DNA from: Octopus vulgaris
Lineage: Eukaryota
NCBI GenBank assembly: GCA_951406725.2
Contig: OX597825.1
Coordinates: 3,348,001-3,412,000 of the forward strand
DNA length: 64,000 bases
Direction: 5' to 3'
The position numbers and the translations under genes are program-made. The stretch's first letter is position 1. Each line of letters begins with the position of its first letter. Below, one piece after another: positions 40,694 to 53,365 of this stretch. A model generated the notes under the pieces. The model was not told where the DNA came from and ran no database searches. It was given only the letters and a program-made list of their open reading frames with translations.

Positions 40694-40731
<38 letters not shown>

Positions 40732-40768
40732 GTGTTAATGATGGTGATGATGATGATGATGATGATGT

Positions 40769-40815
<47 letters not shown>

Positions 40816-40834
40816 TTGATGATGATGATGATGT

Positions 40835-40868
<34 letters not shown>

Positions 40869-41612
40869 CATGATCATGATGATGTTGATGATGACGACAA
40901 CGTCGGTGATGATATTAATACTGATGAGAAGCATGAACATCATGATTATTGTGACAATGATGTTGACGATGATAGAGATGACGAGGATGAGGAGGAAGAG
41001 GAAGAAGAAGCGGAGGATCATGATGGTGATTAGGATCATGATGCTATGATGGTAATGATGAAACATTAATAGTTCTGATGACGATAAGAGCGAGAATAAC
41101 GTTGCTGTTATTCGCGCTGCTGTCAGAAATAATGATGTAACGAGAGATAGGACTATGGCTGCCGTACTTGATTGTGCAGGGAGAGGGGTCGAAAACGACA
41201 ATGATGATTATGATGATGATGAAGAAGAAGACGACGAAGATTATGGTGGTGATGATGATGATAATGATGATGACGAAGATGGCGGTGACGATGGTGATGG
41301 ATAAGCACCCGGCTGCGATAATGAGAATCACATTGACGACGATGATGATGATGACAGTACTGAGAAAGATGGTGCAAATGATTTGATGATGTCGAGAATG
41401 ATGACTAGAGGATAACGTTTATCATCTTGATAATACTGCTGCTGCTGCTCATAATGATGCCAATGAATACTGCAGTACTAAGGTTTTGTCAGATGCAAAA
41501 CGAAGCTGATAAATACGATCATCAAATAGATATGATAAAGAGGCTGTCAAATGTCATAGAACATCTTGATAATAATAATAATAATAACGATAATGGAAAT
41601 AATAATAATAGC

Positions 41613-41647
<35 letters not shown>

Positions 41648-41836
41648 CAATAATGATAATAATAATAATGATAATAATAATAATAACAATAATAATAATA
41701 TTGTTAGTAATAATAATAATATTACTAATAATAATGATAATGATAATAATAATATTACTAATAATAATAATAATGATAATGATAATAATAATATTACTAA
41801 TAATAATAATGATAATGATAATAATAGTATTAATAA
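40604..41836. repeat. Long (GAT)n and decayed GAY/GGT trinucleotide region, followed by (AAT)n from about 41568
   Basis: Directly visible; explains the poly-M, poly-I, poly-H and poly-N ORFs. Confidence 0.9.
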
Positions 41837-42032
41837 TCACGCTTACAGTAAACTCTGTCTTCCCTATCAATTATTTAATGTATACTAAACATGCACAGGA
41901 ATCCCTTACGTAGATCCTGCGACAAAAGTGTAGTACCGCGAATGACGCCTGGTAGCCGTATGTGGTGAAGGTGCTCTCAAAGCACTCTACTAGGGACATA
42001 CCCTAAATAGGGTTTCGATAATATATTTTAAA

Positions 42033-42264
42033 GTTACCGGGATGTAAACACACCAGCATCGGTTGTCAAGTGATGTTGGGGGGACAGACACAGATATATA
42101 TATATATACACACATATATATATATATATTCCGTCTACCAAATCCATTCACAAGACTTTGGTCGGCCTCAGTAGCTGACATTTGCCCAAGGTGCCGCGCA
42201 GTGGTACTGACCCTGTAACCATGTGGTTCGTACGCAAGCTACTTACAACACAGCCACTCCTACA

Positions 42265-42265
<1 letters not shown>
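42033..42265 (-). mobile_element. SINE family A, 3'-truncated copy
   Basis: CACCAGCATCGGTTGTCAAG...CCGTCTACCAAATCCATTCACAAGACTTTGGTCGGCC...GGTGCCGCGCAGTGG...CCATGTGGTT...CAGCCACTCC, collinear with 4860-5121. Confidence 0.9.
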
Positions 42266-42311
<46 letters not shown>

Positions 42312-42373
42312 TTGTATATATAGAGTGATAAATGCATATAAGCATACGTATATATTTACATGTAAGTGTGCAT

Positions 42374-42444
<71 letters not shown>

Positions 42445-43254
42445 GAGAGAGTGAGAGAGAATGAGAAAGAGAGAGAGATAAATTATTGAAAAGAGAATTA
42501 ATCTCTTTATTTAAACCACTATGTTTAACAAATTCTTGCAAATGTCGTACATATCATACAGGTTGAATCATATCACATGCAAAGCGGCGCATTAGGGGCT
42601 TGTTTAAACAAGTTATTGCTTAGACCCTCTACCCATTTGCAATACATTGGAAACCGATCTAAAGCCATGGATATATTGACAGGCGAAATACAATTACAAT
42701 CAAAACAAAATTTATTTTAACAACATAGACAAAAGAAAACATTGAGATGGTCTATAAATCTCCATTGTTTCTTAATGGTCAGATTGCAGGGGGAAATTTT
42801 CTAAAGAGACTAAAATTATGTCGACGAATACAGTAAAGTGTTTTGAGATAATAAATTGATATCCGTATTATATTATTACAATAATTCAGTTATTTAACAA
42901 ATGCAACAAGATATTTAAAAAACAAATTATTTTACGCTACGTCTAATAACTTAGAATGCAACACTCATATTTTACATTGTTATGATTTAAAAAAAAAATG
43001 TCGTTACATCCAATTTCTGCCATATATTTACGTACATATCATTAGCGAAAGGGATCCAGGAGGTGTGTCCAACATCGGAAGCAATTCCATTCTATAATGA
43101 CAAAAGGTTGCTAATAATTGTGAATGAGATTTCCAGAAAACTCACCAAGGTCTTTCCAGGAATCTAACTTAACTATGTGCATATAATTATGCATACACAC
43201 ACACAAATACACAAACACACACAGATACACAAACACACACAGAGAAACACACTG

Positions 43255-43450
43255 AAAACCGAACCAGTATAACATATCGTTCAGGGTGCGCATTGTACAA
43301 GAAAATGGAAACGTTTTGGCCCATGACACTTCATGGCCCCTAAGTAATGCATGTGTACAATTTGAAAGAAATCGGTTGGGTAGTTCTCGAGTTGTAGTGA
43401 TGCACACATACATACAGACAGACACATATTCTCAGGTTTATATATACAGA
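43255..43450 (+). mobile_element. Possible Helentron/DINE-1-like non-autonomous element
   Basis: CATGTGTACAATTTGAAAGAAATCGGTTGGGTAGTTCTCGAGTT followed by (ACAT)/(ACAG)n and TTTATATATA, a layout typical of DINE-1/HINE ends (recognised from memory). Confidence 0.45.
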
Positions 43451-44778
43451 AATATATATGTATACAGTGTGTATGTGTGTGTGATTGAGTGTGTGTGCGT
43501 GTGTGTATATAAATATATTTCGTATTAAAGAGAGAAGACAAATCAATATTACTAACGTTTCCGTAAACGAACGATTCTTTATTGTATGCCATACAAAAGT
43601 TTTATAATGCATTCAGTATGTAGTAATATGAAATAATATTATCATAGTTTGCTCACTTCCTCAAACATCTTGGTTTGAATACGTGATTAACATATGAAAC
43701 AAGGTTGTGCTTCAGGGTATTCTTATATCACATTTATGGGCGTGTCAGCAAGTTGAAAATAAGCAGAATACTTAATGTTCCCATTTGATACGTCATTGAA
43801 GATTTAAGTCAATTAATCACATTTAATGATATAAAATTAAAAAGATAATAAAGTCAAAATAAAATTTGTTGGAAATTAACAAACAGATAATTGTCTTTGC
43901 CATTGAACGATAACAGGCCAAGTTTAACAAATGTGTCTACTGTAAACCCTGTCTTCTCTACTTGTCACAAATTCACTCCTATTCAGCACACATACACATA
44001 TGCATATAAATGTATTCACCAGTATGAAGGAGACTTTGTGGCTAGAAAATATGTGTGGTGAGAGTGTGTGTCTGGTGAAAGCGTGTTAATGTATGCTGCG
44101 TAGCGGTGGACGTGTTTGTAGTACATGGTTTCATTTGCTCGCTTCTTCGTTCTAACTGATTAGCGTCTCCAAGGGAGGACATAAAAATGGCTTAATGTCG
44201 TCCAACTGATCTGCGTACTCTTTGATCTATATGATAATTTGAAGCTGACTTTATTTTCATTTTAGTATTATAAAATTTATTTGACTTAAATCTTATGTGG
44301 TATATGAAATGAGGTTTTAAGTATTCGGTCTCTTCGAATCTTGTTGGCACACTCATGAATGTGATATAACATATCCTAACACATGCTTATTTCATAGTTT
44401 GAATATGTTCTTAAATGAAGATGTCAAAAATGTAAACAAACTATAATAATAAGATTACAGTTTTCTATATATTTTAATGTTATGAAATGTATTCTATAAC
44501 GGAATATGCGATATGAAATTTTAAATCTCTTGATTATGGAACCGAAAATAATATAAACTTGACTTCCTATTTCCACACTTAAAATATTATACAGTTTCTT
44601 ATCGTTATTATTATTGTTTATATTATCCCTATTGGATATTCTCTTGGAATTGTAAAGAATTCCTTTTGTAGTTAGTCAGTAGTCCCATCGATCTTACTTC
44701 GAGTATCGGTATTCAACAGAAGACAGGATCTTAAACGTTGAGGTGATTGTGCCGGATTATATTGATTCGCTCAATCAT

Positions 44779-44843
<65 letters not shown>

Positions 44844-45219
44844 GTGTGTGTTTGTGTGTGTGTACGTGGGTGTGTGTTCGTGTGTGTGTGAAATAGTTAA
44901 CTGAATACAACAAATTTAACGAAATATTGTTATGAAATATGTGTATGATCACCATTGGTGCCGAATGAAAGTTGGTGAAGATAATTCTTTACGTGAGTGT
45001 ACTTGTTTGTATGTGTGTATGCGCGAGTACGTGAATGCGTCTGTGAGTGTATGTATCAGCAGACGTCCACCTATGCGTATTTGGTATTCCTATCTGAAAG
45101 ATTGTATACAAGTATGTATATTTCATGAACAGATGTATATGAAAATCCACATCTGTATGCAAGTATGCAAGTACGTGTGCAGTTAGGGAGATATTTAGTA
45201 GAGGTGAATGCCTTAAAGA

Positions 45220-45440
45220 CAAATCTATTGCCCTTATGATCACAATATCGTGCTTTCGATATCTGGACATAGCGATGTGTTGATTTCTTGAGCAAGAACG
45301 TTCCTTTCTCGTTACCTCAGACCATCCAGGTGGCAAAATTAACAACCCTGCAACGGAACGGTGTCCCGTTCAGGGATAAATACATAACCATAGAAACCGA
45401 AAACCAGTCTTATGTGCGTATGATCCGGGAAGGACTTTTG
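45220..45440 (+). mobile_element. Old SINE with a V-SINE-like central block
   Basis: TTCTTGAGCAAGA, then AACCCTGCAACGGAACGGTGTCCCGTTCAGGG (cf. AACCCTGCGATGGACTGGCGTCCCGTCCAGGG) and a GAAACCGAAAACCAG tail. Confidence 0.5.
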
Positions 45441-47677
45441 ATAATTTCTGATTGACATATATATATGTTGATTGATTTCATTTAACTCTTTATTTTTAAT
45501 GCTTACAGCGAAGACGTAATTCTGTTTATTCCTCAATATACTTGAGAGACACTGTCGACATAATTCTCTCTTTCGGTCGTAACATTTATTGTCATACTTG
45601 TCTTAAAAGATTTCAACCAATTTTATGGGCTATTTCCTTCATGCATATTTGCGCAGTCGTTGCAAATTTATGCCCAATTTCATTGTGTTACAGATATGAT
45701 CAGAACTTGAATTTCAATCGTTGTCTAAATAAAGTGGTATGAGTTTTATTAAGGAGAATATAACCGGAGAGATAAGCTGATAGACCAGTGAATCACATGC
45801 ATTGACGTTTTGTAGCCAAAGGTGTAGAAACTCTCCGATATCTCTCCTGTAAGAAGATATTATGGAGATGAATTTTGAGAAGATGCTGTGAAGGAAAGAA
45901 TTTCCAAGCCATTTAAATTTCTTCTTGGCGCTGATAATTCAAAATTAGCCTCAGGTGTTAAAGAGACTAAATTGCAGGATGTAAGGTAATATAAATTTTG
46001 CCGACTGCTGTATGAGTCTTGACAATTTGGATGAAGTCAGTTTTATGTAAATACATGATGAATATTCAAATTTTATTCCACATATTCCTTCCATATAAAG
46101 TTCACTTATGCAATTAACATTGTATAAATACCTGTTGGCAGTTTTTGTTACTCTTTTCACACAGCAATTGAGATGATATTACCTATTTTAGTCGTTGCTT
46201 TTAAGTCAATAAAATAAGATAAAATATCTAAGACTACAGATGAAGCGTTGTAAAGAAATATGCTTACGAAACTGATGGCATTATGTGCAGGCAAATAAAA
46301 CACGATCAGATTCTTATAGGTGGATAAAACTTCTGAAATATAGAGATAGAGAGAGAATAAGACGGAAAGAGAGAATGAGAAAATGCTAGAAGGAATCAGA
46401 AGGAGACAGAGAGAGAGAGAGAGGGGGAGAGAGAGAAAGAGAGAGAGAATGAGAGAGAGAGAAAAAAAGAGAAAGAGATGTTTGCCACCAACTGACCGTG
46501 TCCAGAAATTTTGCTCACACGCAAAAAGAAACACAACTCTTAAACGCGAGATCTGTTCTCGTCAAGACCTATTATCTCAACTCTCCACTTAATAGATCTG
46601 TACAATATCGCTCTAGCGGTTGTAGTAATAGAACAGTTTAAGTATCGTAGAAAGCGAAAGTTTTAAGATACCTTTTGAGAAAAAGCATTATTTAATTCTC
46701 TATAAATGTTTGTATATATATTTTAATTGGATGCTATCCAGTATGGCCAATAGTAATGAGATTATAATCTTGCAATTTAACTTGGTAAATTTGATTTGAA
46801 CAACTGATACGTGTACATAAGATGAGATGCAGTTATCAGATCAACAGAAAGACTCACGGGCGTGCTGACAACCAGACACGTATTTCAAAGCGCACAAAAA
46901 TAATATACATATATCTTATATATATTTGATCTGAATAATAAAAAAAATGTGCTTTTGCGTAGCACTTTTATGTATATTATTTTAGCTTTTATGAGGGCAA
47001 TTGTGCGGGTTCCTTCATTCGCCAATGTGTGCTAGGGGCAAATAAATAGTGGTGGGAAAATTGTTGAAACGGAAAATTTAAGACAAAATAAAAATTTATA
47101 TATATCTATAATTATAGGAATGTTAGAAACTAGGAAGAAAAATATTTGCCAAATGCTTCAGTTGACATAGCTAAAAGGAATAGATATCAGGTCAACTTAG
47201 GGTCCCCATGTGTTCCTTTCAGCGTTGAGAATAATTAGATCTCGATTCTAGTATTATTCAGTGGATGGATTTCAAACCAGATATGCGACAGAAAACTGGT
47301 ATGAGAAATTCGAACACACGATGTCTTTTCGATCGCTGTTTTATATATATACATTCGTACTTACATTTATAGAAACACCCACGTACAATAACATATACGT
47401 GTGTATATGCATGTCTATCTCTACCTCTCTCTCTCTCTACCTTTCTCTCTACATATATATACATCTACATACATATGCATATATATACATTTATATATAT
47501 GTATATATACATATATACATATGCATATATACACACACACGCACACATATATGTCTGTATGTATATATAAATAGATGTCTGTGTGTGTTTGTGCTTTTGT
47601 GAACTTATGTATATGTTTATGTGCGTGTTTGTATATGTGGCCGTATATATATGTATGTGCGTATGAATGTATACATG

Positions 47678-47720
<43 letters not shown>

Positions 47721-48194
47721 TGATGTTTAATATTTGCAATGTATACTTCTTTGTACTACTCTATATCCTAAATCATATCAGGCGTATTGGCTGCATCGTT
47801 AGAACAGCGAATACAATACTTATCGTTTATGTGTGTTCAGGATATCAACCGTCTCGTGTTAAATCGCTCGGGGGATATATTTTGCCTTCTGTCTATAACA
47901 ATTCCATACATAATATATCAACTTCCTGCGGACGACTGTCTTTTTGTCTCGCTGAATTATTTACAGAATGGATATTCCGCTGGCGGGGAAAGCAGAAGCT
48001 CAAGAATATCTCATTGCATCTACGTTTGTATGGTTACCTAAAACAAGTATAAAACGCATTATACTAGTTCATATCATGCCGTACTTCATACTAAAGCGCA
48101 ACTACATACTCAATTAAGAAACAGTATATAATGTTTATTCAAGCGTGTTAAGTATTTTGCTATCAGGAATCACAAGGAAGTTTTTATCTCTTAC

Positions 48195-48383
48195 CCTATA
48201 ACCAGATAAATAAATCCAGCTTAAACAGAAATGCAACGAATGACGCGAACGAATTCTTCAATAACTTTGCCGATATATTGTGTAATCATCCCAACCGCAG
48301 TTCTCCGGGAACAGCGATAACGTAATTAAAAAATATGATCCGGCTTCACGAAATTTGACTTGAAATCAATAATGGAACAAACC
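48195..48383 (-). other. Candidate non-coding internal exon (189 nt)
   Basis: Strong acceptor (CTATCTTTCGTTATTCTTTTTGTTTTGTGATTCTTAGACTCTTACATTGCAG|) and donor AGG|GTAAGA. CpG-containing unique-looking sequence; stops in all frames; contains a 22-codon ATG ORF (MITQYIGKVIEEFVRVIRCISV*). Confidence 0.5.
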
Positions 48384-48895
48384 CTGCAATGTAAGAGTCT
48401 AAGAATCACAAAACAAAAAGAATAACGAAAGATAGGGCAGACATAGAATGCATATGTCTTGAAATGTCCGACTACTTGGTTTTTATTTGGCTCTGGTGAA
48501 ATATTTATTTTTGCGTATGAGATTATAGCACATTTTAACTATACGTGAAGAAGTCGGCTTATATAGACGCGGTATTTATTTAGGAATGTCATACAGAGCA
48601 ATACCCATTTATACGGAGTAGAGGAATTAGCGTTAGAATTGCGTACTTATACAATAACGTATGTACACTATCGATCGCAAAGAAGAACACAATCACGGAA
48701 ACACAACTGCACGCATGCGCGCACTTAAACACACAAACAACGACCCCACAATCGCCGAAATACATTCACAAATACACACATCAAAGACACGAGAACAAAA
48801 ATGTCACTTCCATAGCAATAATAGTTCGAACAAGTTTGAATTTGTTTGCCCGACGTTGTAAAATCTTTGTTGGTATTCACAGCAAAAAACAATAT

Positions 48896-48932
<37 letters not shown>

Positions 48933-49021
48933 TGTGTGTGTGTGTGTATGTGTATGTGTGTGTGTGCGTGCACATGTGTGTATGTGTCAGCGTGTGTGTT
49001 TATATGTTTATCTATCATATA

Positions 49022-49067
<46 letters not shown>

Positions 49068-49542
49068 TATGGCAATAAAGTTGGAAGCAGCGGATATTTT
49101 TGTTCTAACGTCACATGCTACCCTGCTAAAATTAATTATTAGCATTTTGCATCATAAAATAATTCATGTAATAACATGAGAGACCATATAACAGAACGCC
49201 ATAACGTGTTCTCATAAACGCGTAGCTCTTCAGCAATATTCCATCACGAGTGTGTTAACCGTTATGCGACCGATAATAAACGAAACACCAGCCTAATATA
49301 AAAATTATGGGAACATGCCTATTATGCAGTGAATGGGAAAATACCACAAGAATCAATCATATAACATGCGTAATTTACACTTCTTCCAAGCTTTAATTTA
49401 ATAGTTAATGCTTCCTCCATGAGTAAAATTGCAATTACTCCACACCTTGAGTGGAACATTTCTAAGAGTTCACAATTTCATTCTAATTCTAATGTTTCAC
49501 AAATTCAACGAAATGTACATACTAAAACACTATAATATTTTA

Positions 49543-49655
49543 TGTAACCTGATGAGATTTCATCTGGACTGTAGGGTACCATAGATTCCATTATATCGTT
49601 ACCCACTGCTAAGGACCAGTGAGTGCATTTGTAAGCCGAAATAAAGCTTGTTACA
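49543..49655 (+). ncRNA. Degenerate type-I hammerhead-like motif with a very long stem II region
   Basis: UGUAAC-CUGAUGA-[82 nt]-GAAA-UAAAGC-UU-GUUACA. Perfect 6-bp stem I and canonical core boxes. The insert has nested complementarity (UCA.CUGG/CCAG.UGA; GGGUA/UACCC). Stem III and the base of stem II are poorly paired. Confidence 0.45.
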
Positions 49656-49681
49656 ATTTTTTCCTTATCAATTATTTAAAA

Positions 49682-49737
<56 letters not shown>

Positions 49738-50902
49738 ATGTGTATGTATATATGTGTGTGTGTGTGTGTATGTATTATAACCAGCTTTAGGAGCATGGAA
49801 CATGTCGCCGTTTTACAAACATGAATATAAATTTCAAACGCACTCTACCCGTGAGCGCAGCAGAGATCTATCGAATATTCAAAATTATAAGACGGAAAAC
49901 AGTTGCTTGCAAACGGCTATAGATACCGAACCCTTTACCCATCAGATACCAGCTGTGCGCTCAACCTAGGTTAATTGTAGACAGAGCACGTAATGCTAGC
50001 TTTAAAAAATGACCCTTGTACTTATTATTGTTTAGTATGGTACGCATTCTATCCATTATTTTCGCAGAATCGCAAATTTACGGTGACATAAACACCGGTT
50101 GTCAAGCTATGATGGCGATTTTAATTCCCAGACACAAAGTCACATACACGCGCACACACACACGCACACACGCATACAGAAACACAAACACAAACAAACA
50201 GATAGACACATACACACGCACACACATGTGAAGTCTATGTATGTGCAGCAACCTGTAGATATATAGTTTGAAGTGTTACGTTAGAATGCTGCTATGAAAT
50301 CACGAATTTTCATGTTCAAGTTTGAGTGGCTCTGTGATCCAATGATTTCTGAAGGAATTGTGAAAGGTGGCCTCTGAACGGAAGGCACCTCACTATACAT
50401 GAAATGCAAGTGCCCACCTTCTCGCGTACTGTGACATAATAGTCCTGCTATCAAAAAGAAGAGATAAAATAGAATCAGTACCTACGCAACTGTCTCCTCC
50501 CGCCGATATTTCATGAAATGATTTATTTAATTTCAATATTTATAGACGAAATATCTTTAGTTCGCGATTAATATTCTTTATTAATATTCTTTAATTACCG
50601 ACTATTTCCATGAGCTTAGCAAGAAGAACGTTATGTCACCTCCTTAAGGGATATATCAAATTGTAAGAGATAAACAGGCTGAAAGGCTGTCACTAAAATA
50701 GAAAAAGAATTTAGTGATTAAGTAATTTATAATAGGTGAAAATGTTTTTGACTGGTATGAATAGATCTTTGAAATATTCCTTTAAAAAATTACATAAGGC
50801 GGAAAGAAAAGTTGTGTCAAAATATTACCGATGTATCTACCTATCTCTCTCTCTCTCTCTAGCAATTTACATACCTACCTACCTACCTACCTACCTATTT
50901 AT

Positions 50903-50934
<32 letters not shown>

Positions 50935-52309
50935 TTATCTATCTATCTATCTTTCTCTCTATGTATATGTCTGTCTGTGTCTAACGTATAATGTGTCTGC
51001 TTATCTGTCTATCCTATTATCTCACTACATCTATATACCTAATCTCATTATCTCTATGTGTGCGCTTATGTGTGTCGTTCTGTGTGTGTGCGTGTGTATT
51101 TCAGCAGGTGTGTGGGTAAGGTAGTGCGTGTCTGAGCGTCTGAGTGAATGAATAGTGAAAGACTGAAAATACAATGAAAAGACTGGAAGGAAACATTAGT
51201 GTAAAAGAAGTATATGACTCCATACACACATACACCTATACACACCTGTATATATACACGTGGCTTGCATATATACAAAGGCACACACTTATATGTGTGT
51301 GTGCGCGCGCGCGTATGAGAGTGTAATGAAATGGTAGGTGTATTTAGATATAGATAACGTGGAGAGAGAGAGCGAGAGAAAGAAAGATATTGTGGTGAAA
51401 GATCAATATAAACAAAGATAGAATGCGTTGTGCTAGAGAGTGTGTGCAGAGTGAGAGAGAGAAGCAAGGGAGTGTTGTAAATCATTGTTATGCATCACTA
51501 GTGATTCCATCCAGAAAGAACGGTCATTAACAGTTTGTAACATTTAATTTCTCACTTTTATGACAAAATGATTGATTAGCTGAAATTACTGTAAAATGAA
51601 ATCTCTTTCAAGTTAAGTCTTTACTCTTTCAGAGGCTGTTTATGGCCTGATGGCTTTTTCAGAGAATCTCATGGCACAAAGAGAAATAAGATAAAACAAA
51701 AATATAAATGAGTCCTTATATTAATTTCTGTGCTTGGCAGAAGGCCACACATTTATAGATGGAGGGTGTACAATGTATTAAATCGATACGAGTGCGTCAC
51801 TACTACGTGTTTTATTGACTTTTATGTAAGTTAAATTAAACGTAGGCGAGATTTGAACGCAGAATTTAAAATAATGTATTAAAGGAAAATAAAACACAAA
51901 GCGAATACCTTTCATCTGCTTCGCAACGGCTTCTACCATCATTCACGCATGCAGATGACTCGATTAATAACTATATTTATGAGCTGCTAAGGAATTTTTG
52001 GTGGAGAACGAGCTGCTAGAAACTCACTATATCCGTCGCTAATGGTGTATAACCAGTAGGTCAGGTGTTGTGAAGCATAACAGTAATGAGAATGGTTCAA
52101 GATAAATATGAGATAGTTTTCGTGACCCATTTGTTGTATAAATCATTATAAATATACCCTCCGTCTGGATCCATTTGCGCTCACAAAAATTAAGTGACTT
52201 ATGCTTGAAAAGTCGTACGCTTTATCTGCAGCGGTTTATAAGCAGAAACTCATATATCTCTAATTATCCAGTGAATCTTCATGTTATTGGAGATGTTAAG
52301 CAAAATATT

Positions 52310-52680
52310 GTTATATTTCGAGCCCTAGAATTGCAATACAACGGTAAAATACACACAATTATGACACTACCAGATTTATTTGATATAACAACATCGTTTC
52401 CCGAATCACGTGCTTCCCACGAAGTACGCAACTGTTCTTGTAGAATCGAAGCCTATTACTTGCGCAGTTCTGCCTTCAGAATGACTAGTGAAGCATGAAG
52501 AGTGCTCGAGACCATTGTCTACAAAATGGACCGAGTTGAAAAATCCAACGGCTTCAGATCAGCAATTCTTGAGGATTATACATCCTTAACTATGAACGAT
52601 GGTATATTTTTCCGAATCCAGTAGTGCCTGTTTGAAGCCATGGGATGATACCGAGTATAGTTAGAGGCTCCAAGTGAAAT
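52310..52680 (+). mobile_element. Possible very old Gypsy pol relic (RNase H to integrase junction)
   Basis: RVLETIVYK and SLTMNDGIFFR resemble 'L...I..GWP' and 'ELTV.DGI.F.G'. Weak. Confidence 0.25.
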
Positions 52681-53365
52681 GATTTTATTTCGATGACCCT
52701 CAATGGCAGCCCCACTTTTTCCAATAGCAATATATAGTAAATGAGGTTATTGCAGTTATGCACAGACACAAGGAGACAGACAGACAGACACATACACATG
52801 CATAGAACGACACACATGTTATTATGTTTGTCGTTATATTACGCATATGGCATACCTACAGAAGACTGCTGCACCAAATTTGTTTTCTATATTTAGGGAA
52901 AAATGGGTATTTTCTAACGAAAAGTTGTACCATTATGCTTAAATGAGATGGGAAAATGACAGCTGACCTCATAAATTCTCATGTGGAATATGTGAAACAA
53001 AAGAAAAATGTTGGAATGAAATCGAAGCTACAGTTTCTATTCTGAAGGCATGGATGGAATAAAGCGAAAGTGATCTGCTGCGGTTCCTATTGCGAAGTTA
53101 GGCAGCGAAAAACGAATACTGATCCTCTACTTATATAAATATAGAACGAATGTATAATAATTCTTGTAGCAATATGAAGCAATGGACATTTTTACAATTA
53201 ACCCAAACACACACATATGTTATTGTCTGTGTCGTTATATTACACATATGGCATAACTATAGAAATGTGCCACACTGTATTTTGAAATAAAATCGAGAAA
53301 TATAATAATCCTATTAAAATTATATCCTTTAGGCAGGTGATTTATTTTTAATTTGGTTTAATTTG

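Noticed and set aside
40531-41913. Poly-M, poly-H, poly-N and Asp-rich ORFs as biomineral or low-complexity proteins
   Set aside because: They are decaying (GAT)n and (AAT)n microsatellites with stops and no splice or gene context.
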